From assembly GCA_030390025.1 (NCBI GenBank), contig CM059437.1, positions 17,112,001 to 17,176,000 of the forward strand: a DNA stretch of 64,000 nucleotides. Direction: 5' to 3'. Positions 40,621-53,632 of the stretch are shown here, piece after piece (positions within the stretch are counted from its first letter, which is position 1; every line of letters starts with the position of its first letter). The stretch comes from Squalus acanthias (taxonomy: Eukaryota). A program made the position numbers and the translations under genes. Below the pieces are notes generated by a model. It worked only from the letters and a program-made list of their open reading frames with translations, was not told the origin of the DNA and did no database searches.

Positions 40621-41734
40621 ATAATGGACAAGGTTGTCAGTAAAACAATGCAACCGATATGTCTGCATATTTAATAATGACTGATAAATGATCATTACAT
40701 TTTAACTGCAACTTGCAATTGATATTTAACGCCTCCTACACAGCCGCCACCCTTGTATATGATCTGGCGACGTAAGTTAATTCTTTTGAATTATGCATTC
40801 GGAAAGTCTCCTTTTCCACCTGATTTTTACAGGTGCCAGTGCCGATTGAAACAGAAATGATTCAATAGAGGTCCAAGCTCTTTCTCGAGTGATTTGGTTT
40901 AGAGTTGTTGGGGAATTGCTGGAGTTATTAAAATTATCACTACAGAGGGCACAACCATTAATTACACCGTAGTCGGAATAACAGGGAAATGAATGTTGGT
41001 TTTGCCTCTGGTACCCCCGGCGCATCCTGCAAAACAGAGCAATTCTAAAAGTTCTCAACCTCTCTTTTCTCGTGGGCTTTGGGTTTCTCCGTGCAATAGA
41101 TTTAATACTACGGCGTATATTTTGCAACATGACACACACACACACACACATTCCCTTCAATTGTATCTAAGAGACCGCTGTTAGGATTTCGTCATGTCAT
41201 TTTAATTACTACCTAAGATATTTCCTAATGCAGCATGTCTATTACTCAGACTTATTTATTGCTAGCACCATTATGTACACAAGTGGAGAAAAATAACCGT
41301 GACTCACGAGCTTCCTTGTTGTAAATAGTATGGATTTATGCTCTGATTTGTAGCTAGGCACCGCGCGCTTGTATGCTTTATTAATATAAACCGCACGCGT
41401 ATTTACATTCTGTGGAGAGAATATGAGGGTCCTCACTATCCACCTATAGATGCGCAAACCAGTGCAACTATATCCAGGAATCGTATAAAATGGACCACCC
41501 GCGGATCTGTTTATATACAGATAGGACTGTATAAATACAATACCGAAAACTGTGTAGGAAACACATCTATTATAAGTTTTAAAACATGTACCGTATTAGC
41601 ACTGAAAGCAATTACATTCGTTGTTCCAGTAATATTCTTTGCTTTTCGGTGGTGGGGAAGCTTTTGGAAACAATAATCCGGGAGAAAATTAACAGCTGCA
41701 TGGACTAATAAAGGAGAGCCAGCGCGGATTTGTT

Positions 41735-41845
41735 AAGTGAAAGTCCTGTTTGACTAACTTGATTGAGTTTTTTTGATGAGTTAACAGAGAGGGTGGATGA
41801 GGGCAGTACAGTTGATGTTGTGTACATGGACTTTCAAAAGGCGAC
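41735..41845 (+). mobile_element. Short internal CR1 RT fragment
   Basis: Encodes SCLTNLIEFF...VDEGSTVDVVYMDFQKA, homologous to the ORF2 of the 55-59 kb element. Confidence 0.75.
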
Positions 41846-43724
41846 CACCGAAACTTAAGTGTTAGAATTATTTAGAGATTGTCAGGACTAAAATGTAATT
41901 GTTATCACGTTTACTGCTGTTAGACCTCAAAACCTGTATAGATTCGCATCTTAAACGGTGAATTATTTCGAACTTCAAACTTAATTTATTACCTGAAGAA
42001 ACTGAAATAAATATGTTGAAGTGTATTTCCATACTAAACATCACTTTGATGCATTAGACACAACAGAGGGAGAAATAACGAGACAACTTTGTCATTTGGA
42101 TAAAGTTCAAATATATCCCGCGCCAACCCCACTTTCCCCCCAGACCCTCCCACCCCTGTCCCCGAGTGTACAGGTCCTTTGCCTTGGAAATGCGGACCTG
42201 TCTTCTATTCGGAGGTCGAGTTCGGTAAGAATAGGGTTAAATCAAGCAGCTCCTGTTGCAGTCAGCCTGGCAATTGCAACAGCTTTGATGCACTTGCTGG
42301 TATGTGAGCTCTAGCACGATATTAACCCCAGGCGATGGAGCAGTTTTTTTCTGGCAGTCGTGCCTAATAAAATCCTGCTCCACACAACTCAGTGTCTCCA
42401 GAATGTCTGCCTGGCTGTCGCCTATAGAGCTTTTGCACGCAGCCCTCAAACCAAACTGCCTTTAATAGCAGGAGATGGGTGTACGTTTAACTATTTACTA
42501 GCCACATGCTAGCCTTATGTGGAGTTCTCATTTGTTTTAATGTGAGTGTGTGTGTGTAATATTTTCGTCCATTCTGATACTTTTGCCTAACCGTGATTCA
42601 GGAAATGGACCACAATGTATCTCGGTGAACTGACCCACGAATATATGTATATAGAAGCCCTTCATCCTCAGTGATATGCAGGTGTAACTCTGGGTCACCC
42701 CACCCTGCTTAAATGTGACTTTCAGAATATGTATGATGGAAATAAGTACTGTCGAAGATGGCACCCCGATTAAAATGCAACTTCAAGTGGAAGTATGAAT
42801 ATTTAATTATTGTATGGTGACTTTTATAACTTAGTGATGAGGCCATGATGTGAATACCAGGGTTCAAGTCAGACAGAGTTTAATTTTGGATAAACCATCT
42901 TGTCAATAGATTTCAAGTCGTAATCATTTCTATTTCCGAAATAAAGAGGGTAAAACAAGCCGTGGAATGATGACTTTTTATTAACATTATTCTCAAGAAC
43001 ATCGTCAAACAAACATTTAAAAGATTTATTACAAAACAGAATGCAAGTTACAACAGAGGTTTGTGTGTATTGGGTGTCCTTTACAAGCCAAATAGTTGCG
43101 ATAAAATTTTGGTGTCTTTGAGGAGTTCCTCCCAGTGTCACATATATTCTTAGAAATTACCCGCAAGGATTTTTCTTAATTATTATTTTACAATTGATGT
43201 GTAAAATTTTATGTACACTTCTTTTTTAGAAAAAGATACCCTCAGAGCATCATAAATACAGTTCCTGATATTTGTCAGTTTGTGCTCCATCATATTGTCT
43301 ATTGGAAATGGAGTTCCTATTTTACAGTGAACACCGTGCTTTTTTATCATACTGCATTGGACATAGTTCAATGGATACATCATATCTGCTACATCAAACA
43401 AACTGGCCGCTACTCTAATAATATACAGGCAGTAATAATTTAACCACTCCAATAGATCAAAAAAAAACTTAAATAATATAACAAAACATAGGCAAAGCAA
43501 TGCAGAATGTTGTTTGTTACTGAAGTTGGGAACAATTATAACAGTTCAGTGTGCAGTGGAGATCTGACAACTGACAGAGTTACAAAATGCCCTGATTTTT
43601 GTTCCTCATATACAGTTTTTGGTATTATATACAGAACTGACGTGTATTACTACAGAAATGAATGGGGGAAAGTCTGGAAGTTACTTAGTTGTCCTGATGA
43701 TTTTAATTCATTTCTACCCTGGTT

Positions 43725-43865
43725 CTCCATGCAGCGTGGCCGTCCAGTTTATTTATTTATTTATGTTTTTGACGCTTCTGTGAAGAGCCTTGGGACGTTT
43801 CTTTCCCCCCCCTACGGTGAAAAGCGCTATATGAATGCAAGTTGTTGTAGTTGTTGTTGTTGTCG
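43725..43865 (+). mobile_element. L2-type LINE 3' tail fragment in the Dlx3 3' UTR (antisense to Dlx3)
   Basis: CTGTGAAGAGCCTTGGGACGTTT...AAAAGCGCTATATGAATGCAAGTTGTTGT aligns by eye with the L2 tail at 60301-60365. Confidence 0.7.
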
Positions 43866-43932
43866 TCTTCCGAAACAGTAAAAGATAAAAAGTTCAAGAG
43901 TTTCAAAGTTTTGAAGTAAAAAACAAAAAGTT

Positions 43933-44229
43933 TTAATAGACTGCTCCAGTACTCTGAGGCGGCGGCTGGTGCAGTGAGTTTGTTGCTGGTAAGTGAGAGC
44001 CTGAGGGGTACCAGTGATTGAAGTCTTCCAGGTAGTTCTGAGACGAGTTGTGCGGGGTCTGATGTTGGAGGGGGTTCCTAGTCGAACTATGGCTCTCCCA
44101 AACGGCCGGAGAAGGGGGTGAATTGCATGCCATCGAATCGCTGTTGTTGGGACTGTGCTCCATTGTGAGCTCTCCGTTTTTGTAAAGCTTCTTAAACTTG
44201 GATCTTCTGTTCTGAAACCAGATTTTCAC
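43933..44229 (-). CDS. DLX3: Distal-less homeobox 3, coding exon 3
   Basis: Polypyrimidine tract and CAG|; [41 protein letters not shown]...GAVY* is diagnostic of Dlx3. Confidence 0.96.
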   Translation of the reverse strand: MKIWFQNRRSKFKKLYKNGELTMEHSPNNSDSMACNSPPSPAVWESHSSTRNPLQHQTPHNSSQNYLEDFNHWYPSGSHLPATNSLHQPPPQSTGAVY

Positions 44230-45189
44230 CTGACCAGGCGGGAAAGAAAAAATAAAGAGAACTGGTGGGTAAGACTTTGTTGTCAAGTACCGAGAAGATG
44301 ATAGAGAAAGCATGTAAATACTTAGCAAAAGGCACCATTACAAATTCACCCCTCAAAAGTAGATAGATAGAACTATTATTGTAGAAATAATTTTACTGTT
44401 GCCCCTTTATGGTATCTAGGACTTAAATGACATTTTTTCTGTTGTTCATTCTTTAGTACTTTCTACTTAATACATGTAATCTTTTTAAAATAAAACTCGA
44501 TTGAGTCTCTTTTACTCCACGGATACTCTTGTGTAATCAGTACCAACCCAATCACCTCCCCCCCCCCCCCCCCCCTCCACACACGCACACACAATGTAGA
44601 AAACTCGCTTCTGAGGCCTTTTGGCTGAAATATATTCACATTGTTCCAATGATTTCTCGCGCATTTAGAGAACTCCACATGTCTGCAGATAGTTACAATG
44701 CCGGATCTGTGCAAATGTTTGCTCAATCCCTCTTTGTCACTGAATACATTCTGGTAAAACCAATCCAGTTCTATGTCTGATCATGAATTTGCCCTACCTA
44801 CTGTATGTAACAGGTTTCCACTGTCATCATTTCATCAGCTCTTATTTTCTAAAGTTAGATATACTAGTAACAAGAGGACAGAGCTAGTCAATCAGTGAAA
44901 AACGAACGATATAAATACCTATAGTAAAACATACATAATAGCATAAATAATTCTATGAAAGATTACTTGAGCTACAGAAAAAGCAATGGGAAAATGCAAG
45001 TAAGTGTATTGATATGGTAATGCGAGATTGTGAGGAATGTTTGGGAAACAAGTATGGAGAGAAAGCTTGCATTTAAAGTGTCCCATTATCACGGGTAACA
45101 TGCTTTAGGTTGTTGGTGTATCTGCTTTTGAGCCAGTGTAGAAACAAAAAGCGAGGCCTGTCTCAGCAATAAAACGGGTGTGGAGCTTA

Positions 45190-45498
<309 letters not shown>

Positions 45499-47247
45499 TC
45501 ACAAACAATTAAACATAGACTCTCTGAATTGTCGAGATTTCACATTAAAAAAAAAGCAACGCAGCAATTAAGAGGTCAGACGAGGCAAAGAATTTCTTCC
45601 TCACTGCAAGAATTCCAATTCACGTTGTAAATGCAAAGTAAAGCAAATGCAACACAGAGTGAACATCTTATATTGTTACATTCCTTCAGGAGTGCAACAC
45701 CTCAAAACTCTGTGCCCAATTCATTACACTAGTTAAGTCAATGTTTTATTTAATGGTACAAATTACAGAAAGAGGGAAGAAACTGCTAATTATTATTATT
45801 GATAATTATTATTACAAGATGCAAACCAAAGCTTTATCATCTCATTTGAAAAGTGAAATCCCTTTTCAGGTTTCCTGTTCTACGTCATTCATACACAGTC
45901 TAATCTTTATTTATTAATGACTTTATGTATTTACCTATGTAGTGTGCCCATGGGGTAATGGAATCCTTAAACGATTAAGCAAGCCACCCTGACACAGTGA
46001 AAATGCACAGTGCCGGAGCGAGGAAACTAACCATAGGACAATCTTTACAGTGTTCCATTTGGAATCGTGTGACCATTTTATTATTTTCGCCTGCATTTGT
46101 CCCTTTAAAATAGTGGCAGGAAGAACTATTCATTACTCGGAATTAAAACTCAACTTTCCCTGTCCGCAATGCACGTTTGCAGCACATTCTAGCTTGCTCT
46201 GAGTATTTCACTATAGTCGGGTCTGCAGGTTAACAGCGACCCTGACCAAAGAGAGATAGAGTTCATTCCGGCCAAGTGCTGAAACCAGTTTATGGTCCAC
46301 GCCCTAACTCGAACCCAATGCCCCTACCTAGTTTCTGGCCTCACAACCCCTGTTGGGTTCAAATGTCTATAAACAGGTTTTTGGACTGTCTCATTCCTAT
46401 ATACATAACAAGCTTGTACTCTGAATGATTCTTTGTATCATTGCTAAGAAATATAGAGTAACAAGTTTAAACAGTGTGTTTAATCGTGATCTCGTCTTAA
46501 CTTTCTTAGAGACAGATGCTTTCGATTGGTGGTAATTTCCACTTTTTCGCATACAGAGAGATTTAAAAAAAAGCCCCAGTTAAATATACAAACTGATTTT
46601 CACTTTCACACGTGAATTGGTGTTTTCGCTCGAGTACCGTGCAACTGATTTTGCACCAGTTTCAGCCATTGCTCGAATGAACATTTGTGTCATTTCTTAT
46701 TTGATATTGTCCAACGCGCCTGAGTATTCTGCACCCGAGAACGTTTTAGTCACCCCGGGTGGTTCAAACAATTACAATGCATTCCCTTGACAAAGTACCG
46801 GACACCCTGTCGTCCAGCATGAGGTGGCACCGTACTCTGGTTGGATAATGACAGCGCCAGACTACCTCGAATGGTTCAGCTCTAGAGATTACATGTGCAT
46901 ATTCTATCGAGTTAAACACTCCATTCTAATACATGCATTCTTTCTGCAGTGTTTTAGCTATCTCAGATCATGGAAAGGTTTAGTAAAATAGCACCTAGTA
47001 AACTGAATGATCGCTTTAAGAAGCGTCCGGTCAGGTGTGAACGCTCGGATTCAAAGGCTACACTGCACTTGCACTGCATTCTCCCTTCAACAGCCATTCA
47101 AGCAGCAGATCTCAAGCTCTCTCCTGTAAGGGAATGCAGCATTATATGACTACCCGGCAATTAGTTTGCACCGAGCGTTCGGCTGGAATGTCTTCCAGTT
47201 TGTTTCTGGCTACAGACAGCGATTGGGAAATTTGAAAGCGCCTTTAC

Positions 47248-47581
47248 CTCTCTCGGCCGCGGATATTTGATGATCCCTGTTGAAATGCCCATACTGACGG
47301 TACGAGTTACTGTAAGCATACTCGGGCTTTTGTGAATAGGAGCCAGGCCCGGGAATGTTGCTCAGATTGAATTGATGGTACGGATAGTGGTTCACCGGCT
47401 GAGAATAGGCTGAAGTCGGATAATAATCGTGCTGAGGATGACAGGACTGTGGGTTATAGTAACCAACATCTGTAGCCGTAGACTCTGGCAGAGTTGGAGA
47501 ATCTTTCGCAGGGTGGCATCCCATAGAGCCCTGGATGTCCGTAAGAAGACTGGGCAGCTTTTTCTCATAGGTTCCACTCAT
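47248..47581 (-). CDS. DLX3: Distal-less homeobox 3, coding exon 1
   Basis: [42 protein letters not shown]...YPYHQFNL; phase-1 donor G|GTAAAG. Total 273 aa. Confidence 0.95.
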
Positions 47582-47592
47582 TGTTCCAAACA

Positions 47593-47622
47593 ATATATAT
47601 GTATATATATATATATATATAT
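47593..47622. repeat. (TA)n microsatellite just 5' of the Dlx3 ATG
   Basis: ATATATATGTATATATATATATATATATAT. Confidence 0.9.
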
Positions 47623-47754
47623 TAAAAATAGACGATTTAATCTTTAAAATGCAAAGCTCAAACTATGCACACATCACTCTGCGCCGTGGAGACGAGATCC
47701 TTACAGCAACTGCAACTCAAAGCAAACTGATGTAACCCAACCAGCCCAGCGTGG

Positions 47755-47810
47755 TTAAACCCCTAATTATATGGAACAGAAGGGTGGATACAGGAAGCTT
47801 ATTGGTTCCA
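47755..47810 (-). promoter_or_regulatory. Dlx3 core promoter (CCAAT box, ETS-like site, TATA-like element)
   Basis: The minus strand reads GGAACCAATAAGCTTCCTG...CCATATAATTAGGGG about 180-225 bp upstream of the ATG. Confidence 0.6.
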
Positions 47811-48399
47811 GAGATGTCGCCGAGAGAACCAGTCCAAGTTTTTTCAGACTTCCCACGCTCATATTTGTGGAGCCAAGTCTATTATCACTCTTCCTCAACT
47901 ATTAAAAGTGTCTGCCTTTTTGTAGATGCTCCCTCCAAGCATTCATTTTAAGGGGCTTGAAGAATTTAAACAGAATTCGGAACAAGTTCCGACTCGTATT
48001 TTTTTTACTTCTCAGTTTGATAACTCTGGTTTTATTTCTTAAAAGGGTGATACCCGACCTACATGGGGGGTTGTTAACTCCGGATAGTTTTTGTTGACTG
48101 CAAGTTACGTATTCTAGAAAAAAAACTACAAAGGAAATATATACATATTACGAGAGGTCGTCTGATAATCTGTGTTTAACCCACATTGATGGGGTCCACT
48201 GAAGAATCTTATTTATAATGTTTTAAAGGTTGGATGCAATTCAAACTTCACGGTGCATTCCTGGTTGAATAGCTGCAATGGGCTTTAAACTGAATACTTT
48301 TTTTAAAGATACAATTTATCTGCCGCTGTCACATAAATATCGAAATCCTTTAATCTGTAATTCGTAGATCTTCCACTTTTAATCCGTATATATAATTTA

Positions 48400-48452
48400 C
48401 ATAGGATATACGGCACAGAAACAGGCCATTCGGCCCAACCAGTCCATGCCGG
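48400..48452 (-). mobile_element. CR1 3'-end fragment
   Basis: CATAGGATATACGGCACAGAAACAGGCCATTCGGCCCAACCAGTCCATGCCGG resembles the CR1 3' ends at 40160 and 55450. Confidence 0.65.
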
Positions 48453-50574
48453 CAATTAAATTGTGTTCTTTTTAATGTAATATAACCAAGGTTGTGTAAA
48501 ACTATAAAACGCCTTCAAACCCACCTCCAGCAATCCAGCAGACTGTTTTGGTTGCAGGGAGTTAGGTGTGGTCTAACCTGTGCTGCAGGTTTCCCCATGG
48601 TTTCAGACGCCATAAAAAAAAAACAATGCAAATGCTGTCTCTACCTTTTGCGAAACACCCTTCCACGGTGCGCCCAAACAGGCTTCAAACAGCGGCGAAG
48701 CAAAGGACTTGTGTGTGAGTCACGGGCAGCCGCCCGCCAAGAGGTGCTCTCCAGGCCCCCGCAGAGTGACTCTGCCGAGCGGCGCCGAGTGTGCGTGAAC
48801 TCGCCGCCAAAAAGATGACTAATTGTTTATCTGATGAGCCACGAAAAATGGAGCAAACAAATCCGTGAACAGAATCAATTCTGCTCCTTGGAAAGATGTC
48901 CCCTTTTATGAGGGTCGAGAAAAACTTATAGGTGCGAGTAAAGGAAACTAAACTGTTGGTTCAAAACCAAAAAAAAAACCCGACAGAATGTGAAAAGTGA
49001 CGAATATGAAAGAGGGTCCCTTATTTTAGAGAACAGTATAGCTGGCTCAACAGATCCAATTGTACTTATTTTAAGATGCGCTTAATACAGACCGACAGTC
49101 CCTACAAATTACCACATGTCCTTTTATCTTGCACATAAAACTTAATGATGTCCTTTACATCAATGTACAGCAATGCTTCCTCCAGTTGCACATGGTCAGG
49201 AGGAGGCATGTTTACAGTCCCTATTTTATCTTTCGGGGCTTTTTAAATGAGACAGTGGAGGAGAGAGCCAGGGAAATAAAGCAGCAAACTACCAGTATAA
49301 GTCTGCTGCTCCCGTTATATCGTTTTACGAAATTTAGCTGCAGTTTTTCGAACTATTTTCTCAGTTGTTGCAACTCCCTAGATGTCAGAAACAATCTTTA
49401 ATAATGCAGCAGGACTATAATTGGCGCCAGGTAAACTGAACTGATTTAGTTTTCCTTATAGATCATGGGAACACGTTGTGATACAATTAATATACTAGTT
49501 AGAAAACACAGTAACCAAGTTAGTTTATAATCAGGACCTAGTTCTCCAACAACATGCATCATTCTAATACTGATTCTTGACGCTAATAGAAAACAAGTAG
49601 AGTAAATTCAATTCTTAGATGATTAATACTAGTTTTATTTTATTATTACACGTTTCAGTAGGTGTGAGTTAAAGGGCATTGGTCGTATTTCAAATTACCG
49701 AACAGTGTAAGGACATTTCTGTTACTAGGAGATTGAGTCGAGAAACACGAAAGACAACCCCATTTTTTTTAACCAGTGATGTTGTCTGTCGAACCATTAT
49801 TCGATGTGCAATGGTGCCACCTAGTGTTTTTTTCAGTATAGAATCGGCCACTCCATAATTTATAAGTTTATCTTCGTTTATTAATAATCTTTCTGAAGCA
49901 AAGGTTTACCATAAGCAATCTTGCCACTAGCGGTTCATTATTATCCAGTAGAGAGAAGGCTAACAGTATCTCACACGATTAGATCAATAATTTAATAGAT
50001 GATGTTTTAAACTTTGTTTAAAAAAATTGAAAAGTTGATAACAATTACATTTTTATATTATTGAGCGTTCAATTAGATGCGGTGAAAAAGTTTAAAATAC
50101 CACCCCGCACACCCGCAAATGACCCTAAAAGGGATATGTTGGGCAACTGTTAAAGGCACTGTTAAAACAGGCGCAGATTGTGTGTTGAGCGCCAGGATCA
50201 TCCGAACCTGAAAACTGTCGGACATTTAGAGGCATGTCACATGCACGCGTTTGATCAACGCATTTTTTTTAAAAATACCGTGGGTGTCTGGCACATGTCT
50301 GTACGTGCTGGGCTTAAGAAGTGAGGTGTTGTGTTTGAGGGTCACACCCGTGAAGGAATATTATTCAACATGTTTTGGAATCCAATGTTAACAAAGTTTA
50401 CAAACTTGGCTGGTTCGATTCAACATATTTAGCTAGACGCCAATATGGATATTCACGAACCATGGCTCCTCAACATCGAATCTGTTTCTTTCGTTTTGGG
50501 GGAAAAAAAGGTTATTAGGAGCAGAATTGACAAGTTTTTCAAAAGTATTTCTTAGAGACAAACCAGTTACTAGT

Positions 50575-50775
50575 TCAAAAGCAAAATACTGCGGATGATG
50601 GAATTCTGAAATAAAAACAGAACATGCTGGAAATACTCAGCTGGTCAGGCAGTATCTGTGGAGAGAGACACAGAGTTCTGACAAAAGGCCGTCATCCTGA
50701 AAGGTTAACTCTGTTTCTCTCTCCACAGATGCTGCCTGACCTGCTGAGTGTTTCCAGCATTTTCTGTTTGTATTT
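50575..50775. mobile_element. Penelope-derived inverted-repeat element, older copy
   Basis: Arms AACAGAACATGCTGGAAATACTCAGC... / ...GCTGAGTGTTTCCAGCATTTTCTGTT, a degenerate hammerhead core at about 50674-50712, and an imperfect TSD CAGTTA(C/T)TAGT. Confidence 0.8.
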
Positions 50776-51499
50776 CAGTTATTAGTCGTTACAATCTGTT
50801 GTATTGAGTGATTGAAACATTGCGACTGTTGAAATAGAACCAGGAAATGCTGGAAATGTCTAGCTGATTGGTTAACATCTGGGGAAAAAAGGCAAGTCAA
50901 TATTTCTGGCACTAACCCACCAGCAGGGTTCTCTGAAACATTCAGGTGCTGACTGGCCCACAAAACATTTCTAGACTTTTCTGTTGTTTCAGATTTCTAG
51001 TATTCAAGTTTCTTATTTCTACGGAGAAATTGTCTCATACATTTAAAAACGCAGTGGGAACAGTCAAAGTAATAGGCCACTTATACTAGTCTTATGCTGA
51101 TGAAAAGCAGTTTCAGCTTTGCATTAACACAGACAGTGCGGTGTAATTCAGGTACAAAGTCACCCAAAATGCACTTAGACAAGAGGGAAAGACCATCTCC
51201 AGGAGATAGTCCAACACTGCTTAGGCTTTGCACCTGCTGCAATTTAATTAAAGTCTGGCACAAGCCAAGTTTAAAAGCTTAATTTTAACATTTTTGATCT
51301 TACCAGAGAACTGACTGTCCCAGTGAGACTGGTACTTAGAGTACAAATGACTCCTTATATTACAAATCAATTTAAGCACACAGTAGTGCATAACTTATAC
51401 CAACACAACATATTTAGTGAGAACAGTCCCAAAACAGTGAGACTCACTGAATGATAATGAGACTTGCTGTGCTGTAGGTGAGTTAATTTTATAATGACT

Positions 51500-51930
51500 A
51501 CAGTCTGGCTCAGTTGGTTGTCCTCTTGCTTCTAAGTCAGAAGATTATGGATTTAAGCCTCTCTCTATGAGTTGAACACATAATCTAGACTGATACTCCA
51601 GTACCGAGGAAACACTGCACTGTCAGAGATGCCATCTTTGGGATGAAATGTTAATGCTAGACTCTGCCCACCCGTTAAAGTGGACATAAAAGTCCCTTTA
51701 GTATGATTGGAAGAAGAGCAGGAAGTTATCTTGGTCAACATTCCTCCCTCAACACTGCCAAAAACAGGTCATTTATCTTGTTTCTGGGATTTTGCTGTGT
51801 GCAAATTGGCTGTGGTGTTTGCCTGCTTAAAATAATAAACCACACTTCAAAAAAATAGTAATTCAATGGATGTAAAGCACTTTGAGATTTCCTGAGAGTA
51901 TGATAGAGTGCTATATAAATACACAAGTAA
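51500..51930 (+). mobile_element. tRNA-derived Deu-domain SINE (SacSINE1-like), diverged near-full copy
   Basis: TGGCTCAGTTGG A-box, CTGCACTGTCAGAGATGCCATCTTT core, GAAGAAGAGCAGG, and tail GTAAAGCACTTTGAG...GTGCTATATAAAT. Confidence 0.8.
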
Positions 51931-52381
51931 AAAATACTGGGAAACAAACATGTTAACATGCTTGGATAAAATTCCTTTGTCTACTTTTTTAATGAAAGCA
52001 TTACCCATTTACTTCAAAGGAAGCAAAAAAAATGCACAGCCTATTACCCACTTATTTTAAATGGGTTAACCCCTTCATTAAAACAGGGAACTAGGGAATT
52101 TCATAAGAACATTTGAACATTAGCATAGACTCAACCACTTTTGATTTTAAGACAATCATTTACGTCACATTGGGTTTTAACCAAGATCTAGCTGGATGCA
52201 TTACAGAACTCGATCATGACCCTGACAAGGGTTATACACAACTGTTCTTTGATCCAAATAATGACCAACAGAGATTCACGGTAAGAGGTTTATCCTTATA
52301 CAGAACAATTTTCCTATACATTCACTGTTGTGAAATGAATAGACCAAATTCCATCTTTGTGTTACTTTCTCAGATCACTTT

Positions 52382-52505
52382 GGGAGTGAAATTCCTCCTG
52401 TCAGTAATTTTACCAAAAAGAAACTTGCCATGAGCACAAAATGGGAAATCCCTTTTGAAACATCAACATTTTTGATAGAATATTGATGGAAGGAATTTCA
52501 CCCAC
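52382..52505. mobile_element. Small MITE / inverted repeat
   Basis: GGGAGTGAAATTCCTCC ... GGAAGGAATTTCACCC terminal inverted repeats. Confidence 0.55.
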
Positions 52506-52794
52506 TTAGTGTTGAATTTGTTCAAAAACGCAAGCTGAACGCTCAGAAAATATGCTTTGAATTAGCCATTACTTTTCCTCATCTGTCTGTCATAACTGCT
52601 TGTCTCCATTCAACCTGTGGAAGCTGAGGTAGTGGGCAATTAGGTAAGTGACTCCTGGGTACTCTGTCAGCAGGAGGAATCCTATGAGTCTGATGGAATT
52701 CACAGCTTTCATTGCAGCGGTTTTGTCGAGATCTCACAAAATGAATCACCGGAAAATACCCAGTTGTCAGCTGCTGGTGGGACTTAAACACAAA

Positions 52795-53632
52795 GGGGGC
52801 GACCTTTGACTTCCTCCCCAAATGGGTGCGAATTTGGTGGAGCAACCACTTCACACGAGGCCCAAGCCATTTTGAGCCCTGGGCCTCACTAACAGCTTGC
52901 CAGTTGTGGAAGGGAAATTGGCCGGCTCCCATGCTCAGGATCTTGGGCTGTACACCAAGATAACAAAGGAAGGGAATGCGTTCGTCTTCCAAACAGGGAA
53001 AGCGGGGAATAGCCAAACCCACACAGTCACAGATCACCTCGCCACAGGTGGCAAAGGTGGTGCCCCTCGAACAATTCTGTTCATCTTACTTGGGTACATT
53101 TTTCGGAAATGCCGATATTCCTCTGGTGCCATAAAGTCTTCAATTGGATGAAATGCGTACGTTGTTGGGGGAGGGGATGGTGATACCAGAGAGGGTCCCA
53201 AACAGGCCAGCAGCACACCAGAACTTTTTGAGGGTCCAAGAAGAGCACTCCTGGTTCTCCTGGCACTGCCCAAAACAAATTAAAAGTTTGCTGGGCTGTT
53301 ATTTGAGCGGCCTCCAGCCCTCTCTTTAAGACCTGCTGGTTAGGCCTCTCAATGCCTGGTTCAAATGGGCAGAGGATGCACGGCACCCACTCTGCCCATT
53401 TGTACCTGAAAACTGCAATCAGGGCCTTGCAACTGGCGTAGACACCTAATTTACATATTTACACTGACAGGGGTGCTGCTCGCCCATTTACAGACCCGCC
53501 TGAAAAATGTATCAGGCAGGCCTTGGGCATTAATGGAGTGGCCAAAGTGCTGCCCCCCTCCCCTCGATTTTCAATTACTGGCCGCCCATTTATCAGGCAA
53601 GGAATGGGCAGCTGGCAGTTGAAAATTGCCCC
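52795..53632. mobile_element. Harbinger-type MITE
   Basis: Imperfect TIR GGGGCGACCTTTGAC / GTTGAAAATTGCCCC, with a GC-rich interior similar to 9493-10219. Confidence 0.55.

Noticed and set aside
44230-44328. Upstream part of the 131-aa ORF
   Set aside because: Intron 2 polypyrimidine tract. The exon begins at VKIWFQN.
47582-47593. N-terminal extension MFGT of Dlx3 in the ORF track
   Set aside because: It starts at TTG. The conserved initiator is the ATG of MSG at 47581.
50228-50300. Possible p63 sites (AGGCATGTCA, GCACATGTCT) upstream of Dlx3
   Set aside because: Only imperfect half-sites without correct pairing, too weak to call without conservation data.
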